A stretch of 64,000 nt of DNA from an uncultured Candidatus Saccharibacteria bacterium (GCA_964585065.1 CAZPCB010000001.1:162866-226865); one strand, 5' to 3'. Shown: positions 32,482-43,031, numbered from the stretch's first letter. The notes: a model not told the origin generated them from the sequence alone. Program-made: numbers and translations.

Positions 32482-33684
32482 ATGAAAAAACCTCTTAATC
32501 TTATTATTATATCGCATGCCTATGTCTATTCTGCCTATAGAGCTAAGATTGAAGCTTTATCAGAATATCATGATCTTAATATTACTCTCATAACTCCAGA
32601 ATTTGGATTAGAAGGTGGTGGTCAAAAAGTATATGCAGAGCAATATGAGGGCAAGCAATATCACCATATTATATTATCGGGATATTTTACGGGAAAATTA
32701 AACTTTTTTGTATTCAAAAATCTGAAATCAACTCTACAATCCCTCAACCCAGATATTATTCTTTTAGAGGAAGAATATTGGACTCAAATTTCAGCTCAGG
32801 TCACCTATATTACAAAAAAATTCTTCCCTCACACCAAATTAATATTACTTTCTTGTGAAAATATGTGTCATATTTGGGAAAAAGAGGGTAAAACTGCCTA
32901 TCAAAAATTTCGCTATACATCCTTTCATTTCATTGAAAAATATGTTATTTCAAAACTAGATGGACTTATATTTCAACTTCCTGGTGTATGGCAAGATTTT
33001 GAAAATCGCATTGATAAACTAGGCTTCAAAGGAAAACGAGGTATACTCCCTCAACTGGGAGTGGACTATAATCGATTTGCAACAATTTCACCTAAATTAC
33101 CAGAGATAAGAGCAGAATTAGGGCTCAATGATAATACCTTCATATATGGCTATATAGGGAGAATTATACCAGAAAAAGGTATTGAAGATATGATAAGAGC
33201 CTTTGAGAATTGGGATAAAGATAATACTAAACTTATTATTATTGGAAATGGTGATACTGAATATGTAGCTAAAATAAAACAACTGGTACAGACATTAAAA
33301 CTTGATGATATTGTCATATTCAAAAATGCTATTCCTTTTGAGGATATTCCTGCTTATTTTCAATTATTCAATATTTCTTTATTACTCTCACATACCACTC
33401 CTATTTGGAAAGAGCAATTTGGACGCGTATTAGTAGAGTCTATGGCAGCTGGTACTCCCGTCATAGGCTCAGATAGTGGAGCTATTCCCCTCGTTATTGG
33501 AGATACGGGTTATATTGTCACCGAACAAAATATTAAAGCTATTAGACAAGCTTTAATCGAAGCATTTGAAAATAAAAAGAAATACAATACTTTATCTCAA
33601 TTAGCACAAGTAAGGGCAAAAACTGAATTTTCTTATGAAGCCATTGCTCGCAAAACCTATGCCTTTTTACAGGAAATACTATAG
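32482..33684 (+). CDS. Glycosyltransferase family 4 (GT-B)
   Basis: GYIGRIIPEKGIEDMI...VESMAAGTPVIGSDSGAIPLVIGDTGYIV. Confidence 0.75.
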   Translation: MKKPLNLIIISHAYVYSAYRAKIEALSEYHDLNITLITPEFGLEGGGQKVYAEQYEGKQYHHIILSGYFTGKLNFFVFKNLKSTLQSLNPDIILLEEEYWTQISAQVTYITKKFFPHTKLILLSCENMCHIWEKEGKTAYQKFRYTSFHFIEKYVISKLDGLIFQLPGVWQDFENRIDKLGFKGKRGILPQLGVDYNRFATISPKLPEIRAELGLNDNTFIYGYIGRIIPEKGIEDMIRAFENWDKDNTKLIIIGNGDTEYVAKIKQLVQTLKLDDIVIFKNAIPFEDIPAYFQLFNISLLLSHTTPIWKEQFGRVLVESMAAGTPVIGSDSGAIPLVIGDTGYIVTEQNIKAIRQALIEAFENKKKYNTLSQLAQVRAKTEFSYEAIARKTYAFLQEIL

Positions 33685-34239
33685 CGAAGATCCTGCTTTA
33701 TATAAAATCTTTTTATCTTTATAAATAGCCCTTAGAGAAGCTTTCCCTTGTGAGTCTAATTCAATACGAGCTACTGATCCTGCAAGCTTATTTGCCACAA
33801 ATTCACCTTCTTCTATGCCATATTTTACTGTATATGTTGTGGGTTCACCTAATCCTGGATTCCCTTTTTTAATACTCATTACCTTTCCCTGTATGATTAG
33901 GTCTTTACCATCTCCAAGATACTCTTTATTTGCTTGTAATACTCCATTTATTTTACCTCCATATTGAGTCAATGTAATATATACAATATCATCAACATTT
34001 ATATTATTCGTATTTACCTGATATGCTTCTGACATATAGCTATACCCACCCCCTGAAAATGCATATTCTTGAATAGTATTAATATCAAAATACAATGCAT
34101 CTTTTTGAGCTTCGGTATTAATAATAGGTATATATATAACTTTTTTTTGATCTCTTTTTTGAGTATAAAAATAACCAAATAACCCTAATATAATTATTAA
34201 TTGTAATATCAATATTAATACTATTGTTTTGAATTTCAT
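33679..34239 (-). CDS. Membrane-anchored beta-rich protein (possible GDYXXLXY-family member)
   Basis: N-terminal TM then ~150-aa hydrophilic domain. Third gene of a three-gene membrane cluster. Confidence 0.35.
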   Translation of the reverse strand: MKFKTIVLILILQLIIILGLFGYFYTQKRDQKKVIYIPIINTEAQKDALYFDINTIQEYAFSGGGYSYMSEAYQVNTNNINVDDIVYITLTQYGGKINGVLQANKEYLGDGKDLIIQGKVMSIKKGNPGLGEPTTYTVKYGIEEGEFVANKLAGSVARIELDSQGKASLRAIYKDKKILYKAGSSL

Positions 34240-34242
34240 ATA

Positions 34243-35331
34243 CTAATTATCTATACTAGCTAATATATTGCGTCTGACTCTTTCAAGAAAATATCCTGTA
34301 ATCAAGAATATTATTCCTAAACCTAAGAAAAATATACTTCTATCAAGCTCTGTTTTTTCTACCCAATCAAAATATCTTACTAAAATAAATCCAAATAATG
34401 CTAATATACTAAGATTTAATCTCCATACTTCTTTTAATTTATAGGCACTATATAGTAGCCATAATACTCCGATGAGAAAGATAATATTAAATGAAATAAT
34501 ATGAGGGAATAATTCTCTATTCTTATTAGCTAAAGTATTAATATCATAAACATATGGTTGATTAGGATCATATAATACTGGGACTATTGGTAACAATACG
34601 AGTAATAAAGATCCAGTAAGACCAATCAAAATTCCAATACATTGATACCAATGAGATTTAATTTTTTTCCAAGCACTAATACCGCTAATACCAAATATAC
34701 CTATTACCCCTAATAATATACTAAGTGTTTTAGTATTATTCCAAATAGAAGTATTAGTATTACTCGTAATAGTCTCCCAAATATCCCTAGAGCTAAATGC
34801 CCCCAATACAAAACTAAGTATACCTAATCCCAAAACAGCAATTAAAGTAAGTACCGTATAGTATCGTTTACTTCTTAATTTATCAAAAAAAGTGAATGCT
34901 ATAGTATATAAACTTGCAAATAGTAAAAATGCAACAATAAAAGATAAGACTTTATCTACTCCATTCTGAGAAGATATTTGATAACTTCCAATTATTATAC
35001 CTAAGAGAAATTCCCCTATTCCGACAGCAAATACAAGAGGGCTATGTTTTCGATACCCTATAATAGTAGTTACAATCCCCCCTACTGCAGCAAAATTATA
35101 CCAACCTATAGGTAATTTTAATACTTGACTTATAGCATAAATACCCGTAAGCCCCAATACAAGAGATATACCAAGAAATAATTGCCTTAATAAATCATTC
35201 CATGAAACAGCAATAGTAAATGTAGCTTCCTCAAATGATCTTTGTAGGCTAATTAAGCGCACTAGTATAACAATAATTCCGATAATAAATATAAATACGA
35301 TGAGTGGGATTAATATACTAAATACTTCCAT
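34243..35331 (-). CDS. Polytopic membrane protein (~10 TM; possible DUF4401-like)
   Basis: 362 aa, hydrophobic throughout. Confidence 0.4.
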   Translation of the reverse strand: MEVFSILIPLIVFIFIIGIIVILVRLISLQRSFEEATFTIAVSWNDLLRQLFLGISLVLGLTGIYAISQVLKLPIGWYNFAAVGGIVTTIIGYRKHSPLVFAVGIGEFLLGIIIGSYQISSQNGVDKVLSFIVAFLLFASLYTIAFTFFDKLRSKRYYTVLTLIAVLGLGILSFVLGAFSSRDIWETITSNTNTSIWNNTKTLSILLGVIGIFGISGISAWKKIKSHWYQCIGILIGLTGSLLLVLLPIVPVLYDPNQPYVYDINTLANKNRELFPHIISFNIIFLIGVLWLLYSAYKLKEVWRLNLSILALFGFILVRYFDWVEKTELDRSIFFLGLGIIFLITGYFLERVRRNILASIDN

Positions 35332-35336
35332 ACTAT

Positions 35337-36011
35337 TTAATCAAATGAATATTGAGAAAAATCATCTTGTTTTAATTTTTTTGATATATACCAATATAAT
35401 TTAATAGAAATGACAAGAGCTAATACTGCATACACTATATATTCTCTACGATACCAATCATAATTAGTAAAAAAATCTGGAATTCCTAATACAGAAATAA
35501 TCCCTAATAAAGTATATCCCCAAGATAATACTCGAGACTGTAACCAATATACTGCCATAAATACCCCCATACCCCATATCAAAAAACTTATTTGCCAGGC
35601 AATATCAATATTCACAATTTCTCCTATCAAAAACACCCCCGCACCAAAAATTAACTGAGCTAATATAATAAGACCATTGTATACGCGTATAAGCTTTGCT
35701 TTAGTTGCAAAATAAGCTCCTAAATATGATAGAGCCAATCCCATACTAATAATAGAAACTTTCCCAATATCCTCAAATATACTCCAATTGGAAGCAATAA
35801 AACTGATTGCTGCAAGTCCTATAGATATAGCTCCAAATAATATAATTACTGTAATTCCTTGAGATTGTATATCAAAGTGAGGCTTTTCAATATCTTTGAG
35901 TGCCTGCTGTATTTCTTTAACGGTAATATTTTTTTGTAATAGTTCAAGATAAATCTCCTCGGTATTTGCCCGCTTGTCTACAAGTGCTTTGACTTGTTGA
36001 TGAATGGTCAT
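35337..36011 (-). CDS. Membrane protein with ~55-aa cytoplasmic N-terminus and 5-6 TM (possible DUF2157-like)
   Basis: 224-aa ORF. Gap of only 5 nt to the downstream gene. Confidence 0.4.
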   Translation of the reverse strand: MTIHQQVKALVDKRANTEEIYLELLQKNITVKEIQQALKDIEKPHFDIQSQGITVIILFGAISIGLAAISFIASNWSIFEDIGKVSIISMGLALSYLGAYFATKAKLIRVYNGLIILAQLIFGAGVFLIGEIVNIDIAWQISFLIWGMGVFMAVYWLQSRVLSWGYTLLGIISVLGIPDFFTNYDWYRREYIVYAVLALVISIKLYWYISKKLKQDDFSQYSFD

Positions 36012-36012
36012 A

Positions 36013-36174
36013 TTATTTCTTTATAATATTGTCAAGAGGAATTTTAATTGCATTTGATCGTTCTGGAATCATTTCTGTTTCTGGTTTTTGGCTAATTGAA
36101 ACAGTTTCTGTTTGATGTGAACCAATATCCTCTATAGATATTTTAGTTATTGTTTCTGTATCTTGAGAACTCAT
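36013..36174 (-). CDS. Small acidic Glu/Thr-rich protein (53 aa), possibly co-transcribed leader gene
   Basis: ORF not in the supplied track (<60 aa): MSSQDTETITKISIEDIGSHQTETVSISQKPETEMIPERSNAIKIPLDNIIKK, ending 2 nt before the start codon of the next gene. Confidence 0.25.
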   Translation of the reverse strand: MSSQDTETITKISIEDIGSHQTETVSISQKPETEMIPERSNAIKIPLDNIIKK

Positions 36175-36253
36175 ATGTAATATCTATTTAAAGTTATGTA
36201 TAGTATAACATACTATATTTTATTCGTCAAAATCTATTTTTATTATAAATTAG

Positions 36254-36326
36254 TCGGGAAGACAGGACTCGAACCTGCAGCCCCCTGGTCCCAAACCAGG
36301 TGCGCTAGCCATTGCGCCACTTCCCG
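36254..36326 (-). tRNA. tRNA-Pro (anticodon TGG)
   Basis: rc: CGGGAAGTGGCGCAATGGCTAGCGCACCTGGTTTGGGACCAGGGGGCTGCAGGTTCGAGTCCTGTCTTCCCGA. Clean cloverleaf. Confidence 0.9.
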
Positions 36327-36437
36327 TATATAACCATATTATTCTATCAATAATCCTCAGTATAGTCAACTAATATAGTTGAATACTAAGAATAAGTATG
36401 ATATCCTGTATCTGCATTCAGCACATTCAAGTATCTC

Positions 36438-36881
36438 ATGAACCTCAAGACCCTCCAGTCTCCACCATTAATAATTGATAGGGTAACTGCTCTCAATCAA
36501 CCACATATATTGACCATTGAAGATTTAGGGAATTTATTATATGATCTCTATTCCTCTACAAACAATATTCTACAAGAATATACTATACATCTTGATCCAC
36601 TTTGCAATATTGTAATTAGACATAGACATCTAGAGAATCCTATTATCATATATTTTCCTGAGGCTTTGATGTGGTCAATTCAGACTATGTCACCTCTTCG
36701 TCAATACGAAGATACCGTCAATATATTGAATCAATGCTTTGGCGAAAATAGTGAATTAAGGCAACATTTTCCAGCGCTACCATCAACAGATCAATTCGTA
36801 GAGTTGGGAATAGAAGCATATCAAAACTATTGGCTTACGCCATGGGACTTATCACATAATATACCCAATACAATCCCTTAA
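36438..36881 (+). CDS. Hypothetical protein (147 aa)
   Basis: ORF only. Confidence 0.35.
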   Translation: MNLKTLQSPPLIIDRVTALNQPHILTIEDLGNLLYDLYSSTNNILQEYTIHLDPLCNIVIRHRHLENPIIIYFPEALMWSIQTMSPLRQYEDTVNILNQCFGENSELRQHFPALPSTDQFVELGIEAYQNYWLTPWDLSHNIPNTIP

Positions 36882-36898
36882 TTTAAGGGATTTTTTCT

Positions 36899-38290
36899 TT
36901 ATTTCTTTTGAAGCCCAAGCCCTAATTCTAAAAGCTGATCAATTTGAATTGAATTTGGAGCTTGCATCATGGGGTCTCTCCCATCTCCTGTTTTAGGAAA
37001 AGCAATAACTTCACGGATGCTTGATTCATTCTGTAATACTGTCAATAATCTATCTAATCCCCAAGCAATTCCTCCATGTGGTGGTGTACCAGAAGCAAGG
37101 GCTGTCAATATATGACCAAAAGCTTGCTCCACTATTTCCCCCTCATATCCTAAAATTTCTAATACAATTCTCAAAGCTTCTGGATTATGATTACGAATAC
37201 TTCCTCCTCCTATTTCAAACCCATTCAGAGCAATATCATATTGTGTTGATATAATATCTCCAATATTTTTTTTCTCTAATAATTGCTCTCTATATTCTGG
37301 TTTAGGTGCTGAAAAGGGATTATGCGAAAAAGTCCAATGTCCTTGTTCTGTTTTCTCAAATTGTGGAAAATCTACAATCCAACAAAATGCTAATATATTT
37401 GGGTCTTCTGGATTTTCTCGTATATCTGGTCTGTCATTCCCATATTTTTCCATTGCCTCAGCATAACTAATACGTGGAAATGGTATGGTCTGAATCTTTT
37501 TTTCTGGATATAAACTTGTAACTAATTCAATCAAAAGTCTTTCATTTAAGGCAATAACATCTTCGGCCTCTACAAAACTCATTTCTAAATCTAATTGAGT
37601 AAATTCAGGTTGTCTATCTTTACGTGTATCTTCATCTCGAAAACATCGAGCAATTTGAAAATATTTTTCTATGCCACTCGCCATTAATAATTGCTTATAT
37701 TGTTGTGGTGATTGAGGAAGTGCATAAAAATTCCCAGGCTGATGCCGAGATGGAACTACAAAATCACGAGCCCCTTCTGGAGTAGATTTTGTCAAAATAG
37801 GAGTTTCAATTTCAAGAAATCCCTCCTTATCAAGGAAATTACGGATATATTGTGTAACTTTATGCCTATTAGCAAGATTTGCATACATTGATGGACGACG
37901 TAAATCAAGATAGCGATATTGCAATCTCAACTCTTCACTAATTTCATTCTTATCTTGATCTAGGGGGAATATAGGGGTAATAGCAGTATTTAATACTTCT
38001 ATACTCAAAGCTTCAATTTCAACGGTACCAGTTGCTAAATCTGTATTAATAAGTCTTTCTGGGCGAGCTTTCACAAGTCCACGAATACGAATAACCCATT
38101 CTGGTCGAATTTCTGTCATCAGGGACTGTGATGCTTCATCTAAACTCGCAGGGACTAATACTACTTGAACTTTTGCCGTGCGGTCTCTAAGGTCAATAAA
38201 TGAAATTTTCCCATGATCCCGCTTGGTATCAATCCATCCCGAAATAGTAATTTCTTCTCCAATATGATTAATGGTATCTAGAATGCTCAT
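36899..38290 (-). CDS. aspS: Aspartate--tRNA ligase, bacterial-type sequence but lacking the GAD insertion domain (463 aa)
   Basis: OB-fold N-terminus. FQIARCFRDEDTRKDRQPEFTQLDLEMSF, PFPRISYAEAMEKYGNDRPDIR directly followed by WIVDFPQFE...HNPFSAP. GGGSIRNHNPE, GGIAWGLDRL motif 3. Confidence 0.85.
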   Translation of the reverse strand: MSILDTINHIGEEITISGWIDTKRDHGKISFIDLRDRTAKVQVVLVPASLDEASQSLMTEIRPEWVIRIRGLVKARPERLINTDLATGTVEIEALSIEVLNTAITPIFPLDQDKNEISEELRLQYRYLDLRRPSMYANLANRHKVTQYIRNFLDKEGFLEIETPILTKSTPEGARDFVVPSRHQPGNFYALPQSPQQYKQLLMASGIEKYFQIARCFRDEDTRKDRQPEFTQLDLEMSFVEAEDVIALNERLLIELVTSLYPEKKIQTIPFPRISYAEAMEKYGNDRPDIRENPEDPNILAFCWIVDFPQFEKTEQGHWTFSHNPFSAPKPEYREQLLEKKNIGDIISTQYDIALNGFEIGGGSIRNHNPEALRIVLEILGYEGEIVEQAFGHILTALASGTPPHGGIAWGLDRLLTVLQNESSIREVIAFPKTGDGRDPMMQAPNSIQIDQLLELGLGLQKK

Positions 38291-38348
38291 GATTTATATA
38301 CTTATATTAACTTTTATTATAGCATTAAAAGCTCATTTTGAGAAATAA

Positions 38349-39101
38349 TTATTGATTTACTATAAATCTCACTTTACCAAATTCGGTTTTGGTAAAATTA
38401 TCTTCAATAATTAATACATATTCTCCATTTTGTATATTGCGTCCATTAATATCTACAAAATTCCAATCAAATTCCCCTGTATTAATACGATTTTGAGCTA
38501 ATACAAAACGCTCATTATCACTTTCAAGATATATATTTACAAAAAATATATCAGGAGTAAAGCTCCAAGAAATACTATTATTCTCTTGATTAAAAATTTG
38601 TTTTTCCACTGGACTCGTAATAGTAAGATTTTGTTTTTCACGAATCAGAGCAAATATAGGAGATTGTCCTATATTTTGACTATTTTGTACTAATATAATT
38701 TGATATTGACCTGGCTCATAAGCTTTACTATTTATCTCAATAAAACCCCTATTAAACTTTTGCTGTCCTAAAGAATATTCTTTAAGCTGTGGCTTATCTG
38801 ACAGAGAAGAATCAAGAGATACCAAAAAAACTTCAATTGGCTCTAAATAAACTTGACTTAATTCTAATTTGATTATATCCCCAATTATAATATTCTGATA
38901 TTGCCTAGGGCTATTCACCGTTACTAATTCTTTAGGAGAAATAGTATTATCTTGATTAGATAGAGGATTCTGTGTATCGGATTTACTATTATAATCAACA
39001 AAAATACGAGCTCCTATTATTAATAAAAGAAATAAAACAATACCTATACTATATAGTTTATTATTTTTTATCCAATTGATAAATTGATTCCAAAATATCA
39101 T
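38349..39101 (-). CDS. Membrane-anchored secreted hypothetical protein
   Basis: N-terminal TM. Asn/Gln-rich. Overlaps plsC end by 41 nt, so true start uncertain. Confidence 0.4.
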   Translation of the reverse strand: MIFWNQFINWIKNNKLYSIGIVLFLLLIIGARIFVDYNSKSDTQNPLSNQDNTISPKELVTVNSPRQYQNIIIGDIIKLELSQVYLEPIEVFLVSLDSSLSDKPQLKEYSLGQQKFNRGFIEINSKAYEPGQYQIILVQNSQNIGQSPIFALIREKQNLTITSPVEKQIFNQENNSISWSFTPDIFFVNIYLESDNERFVLAQNRINTGEFDWNFVDINGRNIQNGEYVLIIEDNFTKTEFGKVRFIVNQ

Positions 39102-39681
39102 CTGCTACTTTTTGTAATTCATCTTCTGACTTTATTGTATCATATGATGTGATTTTTCCAACATTAAATGTCATTGTATAAAATGGCAAGCCTCTCCACC
39201 TTTGATGGTAATTAATATACATAGGTAATATTGAAGCTTGTGATTTCCATAACAAATACGCAACTCCTCTTTTTGCTTCTCCCCTACCATTTACTGTTTT
39301 TTGCATTTTCCCTTCAGGAAATATAGTTACAATTCCATCATCATTCAAAACGTCTACCATAGGGTCAACAACCTGTAAGCCTTGCCCGCTAACAACTGGA
39401 AAACATCGCATTTGACGTAAATACCAGCCAACAATTGGCTTAGTAAAAAAAACTGCACCTGTAATAATCCTCATATGAACTATTCGGTTACGGTTCATCC
39501 GAGCTAAATAGTACCAAATCCATATACCATCAATACGACCTCTATGATTAGATGCAATAATAAGGGGGCCCCGAATATCTTTGAGATGTTCAAGCCCCTG
39601 AATATCTTTCGTACTTACAAACAAACGTATAATCGTATGGAATATCCAGAAGGTAATCCAGTACAATACATTATGTACCAT
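39061..39681 (-). CDS. plsC: 1-acyl-sn-glycerol-3-phosphate acyltransferase family (PlsC-like)
   Basis: H....D motif IIASNHRGRIDG and FPEG motif (VTIFPEGKM). Confidence 0.7.
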   Translation of the reverse strand: MVHNVLYWITFWIFHTIIRLFVSTKDIQGLEHLKDIRGPLIIASNHRGRIDGIWIWYYLARMNRNRIVHMRIITGAVFFTKPIVGWYLRQMRCFPVVSGQGLQVVDPMVDVLNDDGIVTIFPEGKMQKTVNGRGEAKRGVAYLLWKSQASILPMYINYHQRWRGLPFYTMTFNVGKITSYDTIKSEDELQKVADDILESIYQLDKK

Positions 39682-39749
39682 AACAAAAAGATTAATTATA
39701 TTCCAACTATAATATAACTAATCTTTTTTGTCAATTATGGACAACTGAT

Positions 39750-40082
39750 TTATTTAGCTTTCTTAGTGACTTTAGATTGAGTCTCAGCAACTTCATTCCA
39801 TTTTTCTTGTAAAGTAGTCTTCAATGTCTCAATTTGTTCTTGGGTAATAGGATCTAATTTTTGATATTCATTGACAACTGCATCAACAATTTGATCATAT
39901 TTTGATTGACTCATATCCTCCAAGTCATTAATTCTTTTTGCAATATCTTTGCTCGTAGCTCTATATGCTTTTTTTAAATCTTGTCTTGTTTGCTTTCCTG
40001 ATTTAGGAGCAAATAATACACCAAGAGCTCCTCCAATTGCAAGTCCAGTTATAATTCCTTTAAATAAATTTTTATTACTCAT
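39750..40082 (-). CDS. YtxH domain protein
   Basis: GLAIGGALGVLFAPKSGKQTRQDLKK. Confidence 0.6.
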   Translation of the reverse strand: MSNKNLFKGIITGLAIGGALGVLFAPKSGKQTRQDLKKAYRATSKDIAKRINDLEDMSQSKYDQIVDAVVNEYQKLDPITQEQIETLKTTLQEKWNEVAETQSKVTKKAK

Positions 40083-40099
40083 ATTAGTAGTGTTATTAA

Positions 40100-40447
40100 T
40101 TATATAATACGTCTTTTCTTCTTTGGTACAACTTTACTCAAGGCATCCCCTAAATCATCAGTCTCATCTAAGTCCTGAGATTTAGGTGAACCTTTCCAAG
40201 AAGATACAATTTCTGAAATATTACCAATAACTGAGGTAATACCAGAAATTGAAGTAAGATTAGATTTTAATTCAGTTGCAGTATCTACTGCTACATCACC
40301 TAAATGTAAGGCTTTATCAATAAGTTTATGGATAGCATCAACACTCTTTTTGAGATCGATAACCATCATTAATAAGACCAATAGCAATAACCCTATTTCT
40401 ATCAAAATAATTGCATATAGACTCAAAATAACTTGATCTGTAATCAT
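40100..40447 (-). CDS. DUF948-like small membrane protein (YtxG-like), paired with YtxH
   Basis: Single N-terminal TM followed by coiled-coil. Gene order as in the Bacillus ytxG-ytxH pair. Confidence 0.45.
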   Translation of the reverse strand: MITDQVILSLYAIILIEIGLLLLVLLMMVIDLKKSVDAIHKLIDKALHLGDVAVDTATELKSNLTSISGITSVIGNISEIVSSWKGSPKSQDLDETDDLGDALSKVVPKKKRRII

Positions 40448-40582
40448 AATTTTTTATTTTATACTATATACATATATTAGCATATTACATAATATTGTCA
40501 ATTAACATTCTGAATATACATATACCTCTCCATATGCTATAATTATTATAGTCACAAAAATAGATCTCAAATACGAATTCCC

Positions 40583-41320
40583 ATGATTAAATCTCTATTC
40601 ACAAAGAAAAATATCATCATATCTAGTATTATCCTTGTATTGGGTTTGGGAATAACCTATATCATATTAAAGCCCGAATCTAAACCCCAGCTCACACCTA
40701 TAGATGAGGGACTTACTCCTATTCGAATTATCCAAATTAAAGATGGTAAAGAGCAAGAAATTAATTTCACAGAGTCAGGTGCTGATATTATTGCAAGCGC
40801 TCTTATTTCAGCCAATCCTTTTGATGAACAAGTTAAACAAGATGTGCAAAATCTGGGTATTGACCGTATAGATTTACCTCTACTTCCAGAAGACCAAATA
40901 AAAGTTATCCCCAATCCAGAAAATCCACAGGCAGCAATTGAAAAATATTTAAAAGAGGTATATACTGTATTCAAGGATAATACTATCCAGCCCAATATCA
41001 GCCAGCTTTCTGAAGAAGCTTTGGATGGAAAAACACAAAACATTCAATCTCTACTTCGTACTAATGCTGACTTATATCGTTCATTATTTGAGATAGAAGT
41101 ACCCCAGGATGCATTAAAGCTTCATAAAGGGTATATTCGTATCGCACAAATACAAAATAGCTTTTTATTGGGACTATTAAATGCAAGCTCTGATCCATTA
41201 AGACTTGATATTAATAGTAAAATCACAGTAACATTATTACAGAAAATTGATGTTCCCATAAAAGATGAGCTGCAAAGTATCAGAAAAAAATATAATATCA
41301 TATACCAAAAACAATCATAA
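40583..41320 (+). CDS. Membrane-anchored periplasmic protein. First gene of a 5-gene envelope operon.
   Basis: N-terminal TM. Stop 1 nt before the next start. Confidence 0.5.
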   Translation: MIKSLFTKKNIIISSIILVLGLGITYIILKPESKPQLTPIDEGLTPIRIIQIKDGKEQEINFTESGADIIASALISANPFDEQVKQDVQNLGIDRIDLPLLPEDQIKVIPNPENPQAAIEKYLKEVYTVFKDNTIQPNISQLSEEALDGKTQNIQSLLRTNADLYRSLFEIEVPQDALKLHKGYIRIAQIQNSFLLGLLNASSDPLRLDINSKITVTLLQKIDVPIKDELQSIRKKYNIIYQKQS

Positions 41321-41321
41321 T

Positions 41322-43031
41322 ATGTCATCTCTCTTTTCTCAGAAAATGATATCGATACTCGGAATCTTTTTATTCGGATTTCTCTTTATATCACCACATA
41401 TTACCTATGCTGACAATTTGTATGGGCAGTCTTGTGGTACAACAAAATGTAGCGGAGCTGAAGTATGCCAAAAACAATATAGAGGAGTATTACCTATTGG
41501 TTCACAAAATGATGGTAATGCTACCTATACTTGTGTAAAACCCCAGAATTTAGAAGCTCCAGACAGCCCTTATAAAGGAGTACAGACAGCTTGCGGTGGG
41601 GTATTTCAAAAAGCATTTGGACTTGATTTAGGATCACTTACTGGTTCAGTATTAACAAATACCCTTCAGGCTGGATTAGGACAAATAAAAAACAGTTTGG
41701 GTCTAAATGGAAATGCAGTTGGTTTTGACTCAAGAGGAGCACAGGCTTTAAACTTTAATAATGTTGGATTAAACTGGAGTATTGATCCTACCAATCTTAT
41801 TAATACCGATGCTTCTTATTTTAAAGATTTTGTCCCAAAATGTGATAGTGCCTATAATAATATAAAAGGAGTTATTAATACCAATTTCCTGGTAGCTCCA
41901 CTACCTGTTGATATATTCAATCCCCTCCCCCTTCCAGTTAATGTTACCTCTCCCACTCCACTTCCAGTAATAGTAGTGGATGATTTAGCCCTCTATCAGC
42001 AAAAAGAATTAATTGATGCCCCTCTAGCCGCTCAACAAAAAGCAAAGACAATAGCGACCGTAAGCGATACTCTGAGATCACAAATTAGTAATGATAGTTT
42101 AATTCCAGATAATTATTTTGCTCTCAAAAGCTTAGGTTGGGAATTTGGAGCCCTATCCAAAGATACTGGAGTAGTATCTAAAGAAGCTATAGATAAATAT
42201 GGATCTTATCAGAATTTCTCATTAGATAAGAATAAGGATATAGAACAGTATTTTAAAGATTTACAAGATCAAAAAAGTCAATTGCCTGATGAGAATTTCA
42301 CACAAAACTGTGGTAATGTAAAAACAGAAGATGCAGGAGAAGTAAGTTTTGAATGTGCGCTCCTCGCCTTACAGCCTAATAATAATGCAAATGATATTGC
42401 CTTTAATATAGCACAAGTAGCTGCAGAAAAATCACAAAATGCCACCGAACTCCTTGATCAAGAAGTTCGTGATGGAAGTGGATATTTTGCAAAGACAGCA
42501 GATGGAGATAAGAACCCATTCACCAAAACTATTCAGACCCCAGGATCAAACATAGAATCTCTTACCAATAAAGTATTAGAGTCTACTGTGGATCAAGCTA
42601 TTACTGCATCTGGAGACAATTGTTTTGAGGCAATTCCTAATAATATACTTGAGGGGTCACTCAAACCCGTACTGACTCAAGGATTATTTGGAGTTAATAA
42701 TACTCTAGCATCAGTACAAAAAAATGTAACCTCTAATCCTGTTAACTCATTACAGAATCCTAGTGGTTTTGCTAATCAATTAACTTCTGGATTACAAGGT
42801 GCTATACCTGACCCTAATAAATTCTTCAAGTCTCTACAAAATTCATTATTACAAAATGTAACCAATGGATTATCTTGTGAGCTTAATAAGCAAGTTTCAG
42901 GGCTACTCAATGGAGCTCTCGGGAATATTAATATCCCAGGTATTGGTAATGTAAGTGGGGCATTAACGAATCAAGCCACAGGGGCTATAAATGGAGCTCT
43001 CAATAATGCTGTTAATGGCCTAATCCCATAA
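41322..43031 (+). CDS. Secreted 569-aa protein with 4-Cys N-terminal module and Gly/Asn/Leu-rich C-terminus
   Basis: Signal peptide MSSLFSQKMISILGIFLFGFLFISPHITYA. CGTTKCSGAEVC...TYTC. Repeated G..NGAL-like C-terminal motifs. Confidence 0.55.
   Translation: MSSLFSQKMISILGIFLFGFLFISPHITYADNLYGQSCGTTKCSGAEVCQKQYRGVLPIGSQNDGNATYTCVKPQNLEAPDSPYKGVQTACGGVFQKAFGLDLGSLTGSVLTNTLQAGLGQIKNSLGLNGNAVGFDSRGAQALNFNNVGLNWSIDPTNLINTDASYFKDFVPKCDSAYNNIKGVINTNFLVAPLPVDIFNPLPLPVNVTSPTPLPVIVVDDLALYQQKELIDAPLAAQQKAKTIATVSDTLRSQISNDSLIPDNYFALKSLGWEFGALSKDTGVVSKEAIDKYGSYQNFSLDKNKDIEQYFKDLQDQKSQLPDENFTQNCGNVKTEDAGEVSFECALLALQPNNNANDIAFNIAQVAAEKSQNATELLDQEVRDGSGYFAKTADGDKNPFTKTIQTPGSNIESLTNKVLESTVDQAITASGDNCFEAIPNNILEGSLKPVLTQGLFGVNNTLASVQKNVTSNPVNSLQNPSGFANQLTSGLQGAIPDPNKFFKSLQNSLLQNVTNGLSCELNKQVSGLLNGALGNINIPGIGNVSGALTNQATGAINGALNNAVNGLIP

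Noticed and set aside
39061-39101. 41-nt overlap between plsC end and the downstream hypothetical gene start
   Set aside because: Probably an over-extended start for 38349-39101 (true start may be a non-ATG codon further in). Not treated as a frameshift or pseudogene.
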